Shown here: positions 63,418-64,000 of the stretch, one piece after another
Position numbering within the stretch: position 1 is the stretch's first letter
How the letters are laid out: each line of letters begins with the position of its first letter
DNA from: an uncultured Actinomycetes bacterium
GTDB lineage: Bacteria; Actinomycetota; Thermoleophilia; UBA2241
Reading direction: 5' to 3'
Assembly (NCBI GenBank): GCA_963709345.1
Contig: CAVPVX010000007.1
Span: 256,001-320,000, forward strand
Length of the DNA stretch: 64,000 nt
Made by a program: the position numbers and the translations under genes
Notes under the pieces: generated by a model
Told to the model about the DNA's origin: nothing
What the model saw: the letters and a program-made list of their open reading frames with translations, nothing else
Database searches by the model: none

Positions 63418-64000
63418 ATGACGCCCGCCTCCCCCGCGCTCCCGCCGCTCGGCGTCGCCGACGCCCTGAGCCGCGACGCCATCGAGCACTGGTTGCGCGA
63501 GACCGACCAGGCGCGGCTCGAGACGCTCTGGGCGCTCGCGGACGAGACGCGTCATCGCTACGTGGGCGAGGCGGTCCACCTCCGCGGCCTCATCGAGGTG
63601 AGCAACTACTGCGTGCGCGGCTGCACGTACTGCGGCATCCGCGCCGCCAATCGAGATGTGGAACGGTATCGCCTCTCCGGCGACACCATCGTCGCGAGCG
63701 CCCACAAGGCCGTCGACTTCGGTTACGGCACCATCGTGATGCAGGCCGGCGAGGACTACGGCCTCGAGGCCGAGTGGATGGCCGCCGTGCTACGGCGCAT
63801 CCGCGCCGAGACGTCCGTGTCTGCGATCACGCTCAGCCTCGGCGAGCGTTCCGATGAAGACCTGGCGCTCTGGCGCGAGGCCGGGGCCGACCGCTACCTG
63901 CTGCGCTTCGAGACATCCAACGATGCTCTGTACCGCCACATACATCCCGACCTGCCCGGCAGGGTGAGCGACCGCATGGCGATCCTGCGGCGCCTGCAGG
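63418..64000 (+). CDS. hydE: [FeFe]-hydrogenase maturase HydE (runs off window end)
   Basis: My translation from ATG 63418: HLRGLIEVSNYCVRGCTYCGIR, QAGED, TLSLGE, GADRYLLRFET. Confidence 0.92.
   Translation, partial: MTPASPALPPLGVADALSRDAIEHWLRETDQARLETLWALADETRHRYVGEAVHLRGLIEVSNYCVRGCTYCGIRAANRDVERYRLSGDTIVASAHKAVDFGYGTIVMQAGEDYGLEAEWMAAVLRRIRAETSVSAITLSLGERSDEDLALWREAGADRYLLRFETSNDALYRHIHPDLPGRVSDRMAILRRLQ

Noticed and set aside
63362-63420. hydE start at ATG 63362
   Set aside because: That frame stops at 63419-63421; the HydE motifs are in the frame of ATG 63418

Overview
High-GC bacterial DNA. Housekeeping genes (PGRP-type amidase, APC-UspA permease with two TrkA, zinc-finger rhomboid) look actinobacterial, possibly an anaerobic Thermoleophilia-like lineage (inference). 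Four blocks: (1) 5.9-10.6 kb, a c-di-GMP-I riboswitch upstream of a four-gene operon: secreted S8 protease ending in ten [T/V]KFRW repeats (two apparent +1 frameshifts), membrane-sensor PP2C phosphatase, RsbW-like kinase and STAS protein. This is my best candidate for an undescribed system (peptide-sensing partner switch). (2) 10.6-17.7 kb, a variable, partly decayed island at the 3' end of tRNA-Phe (MazF-type TA pair, nuclease-like gene, ankyrin protein, nucleotidase, EEP remnant, fragments). (3) 17.8-38.7 kb, core metabolism: K+ uptake, H+-PPase, MTA phosphorylase, CoA transferase, polyphosphate cluster, Rrf2/NifU, peptidases, aminotransferase. (4) 39-64 kb, a large [FeFe]-hydrogenase locus: Rex-DRTGG fusion, kinase-FeS fusion, a bifurcating-type HydABCD whose HydB is fused to a GltD/NfnB-like domain, a sensory hydrogenase-histidine kinase relay, a second non-bifurcating-type HydABC, and maturases hydG, hydF and hydE (truncated by the window edge). 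All calls come from motif recognition by eye; no database searches were run.
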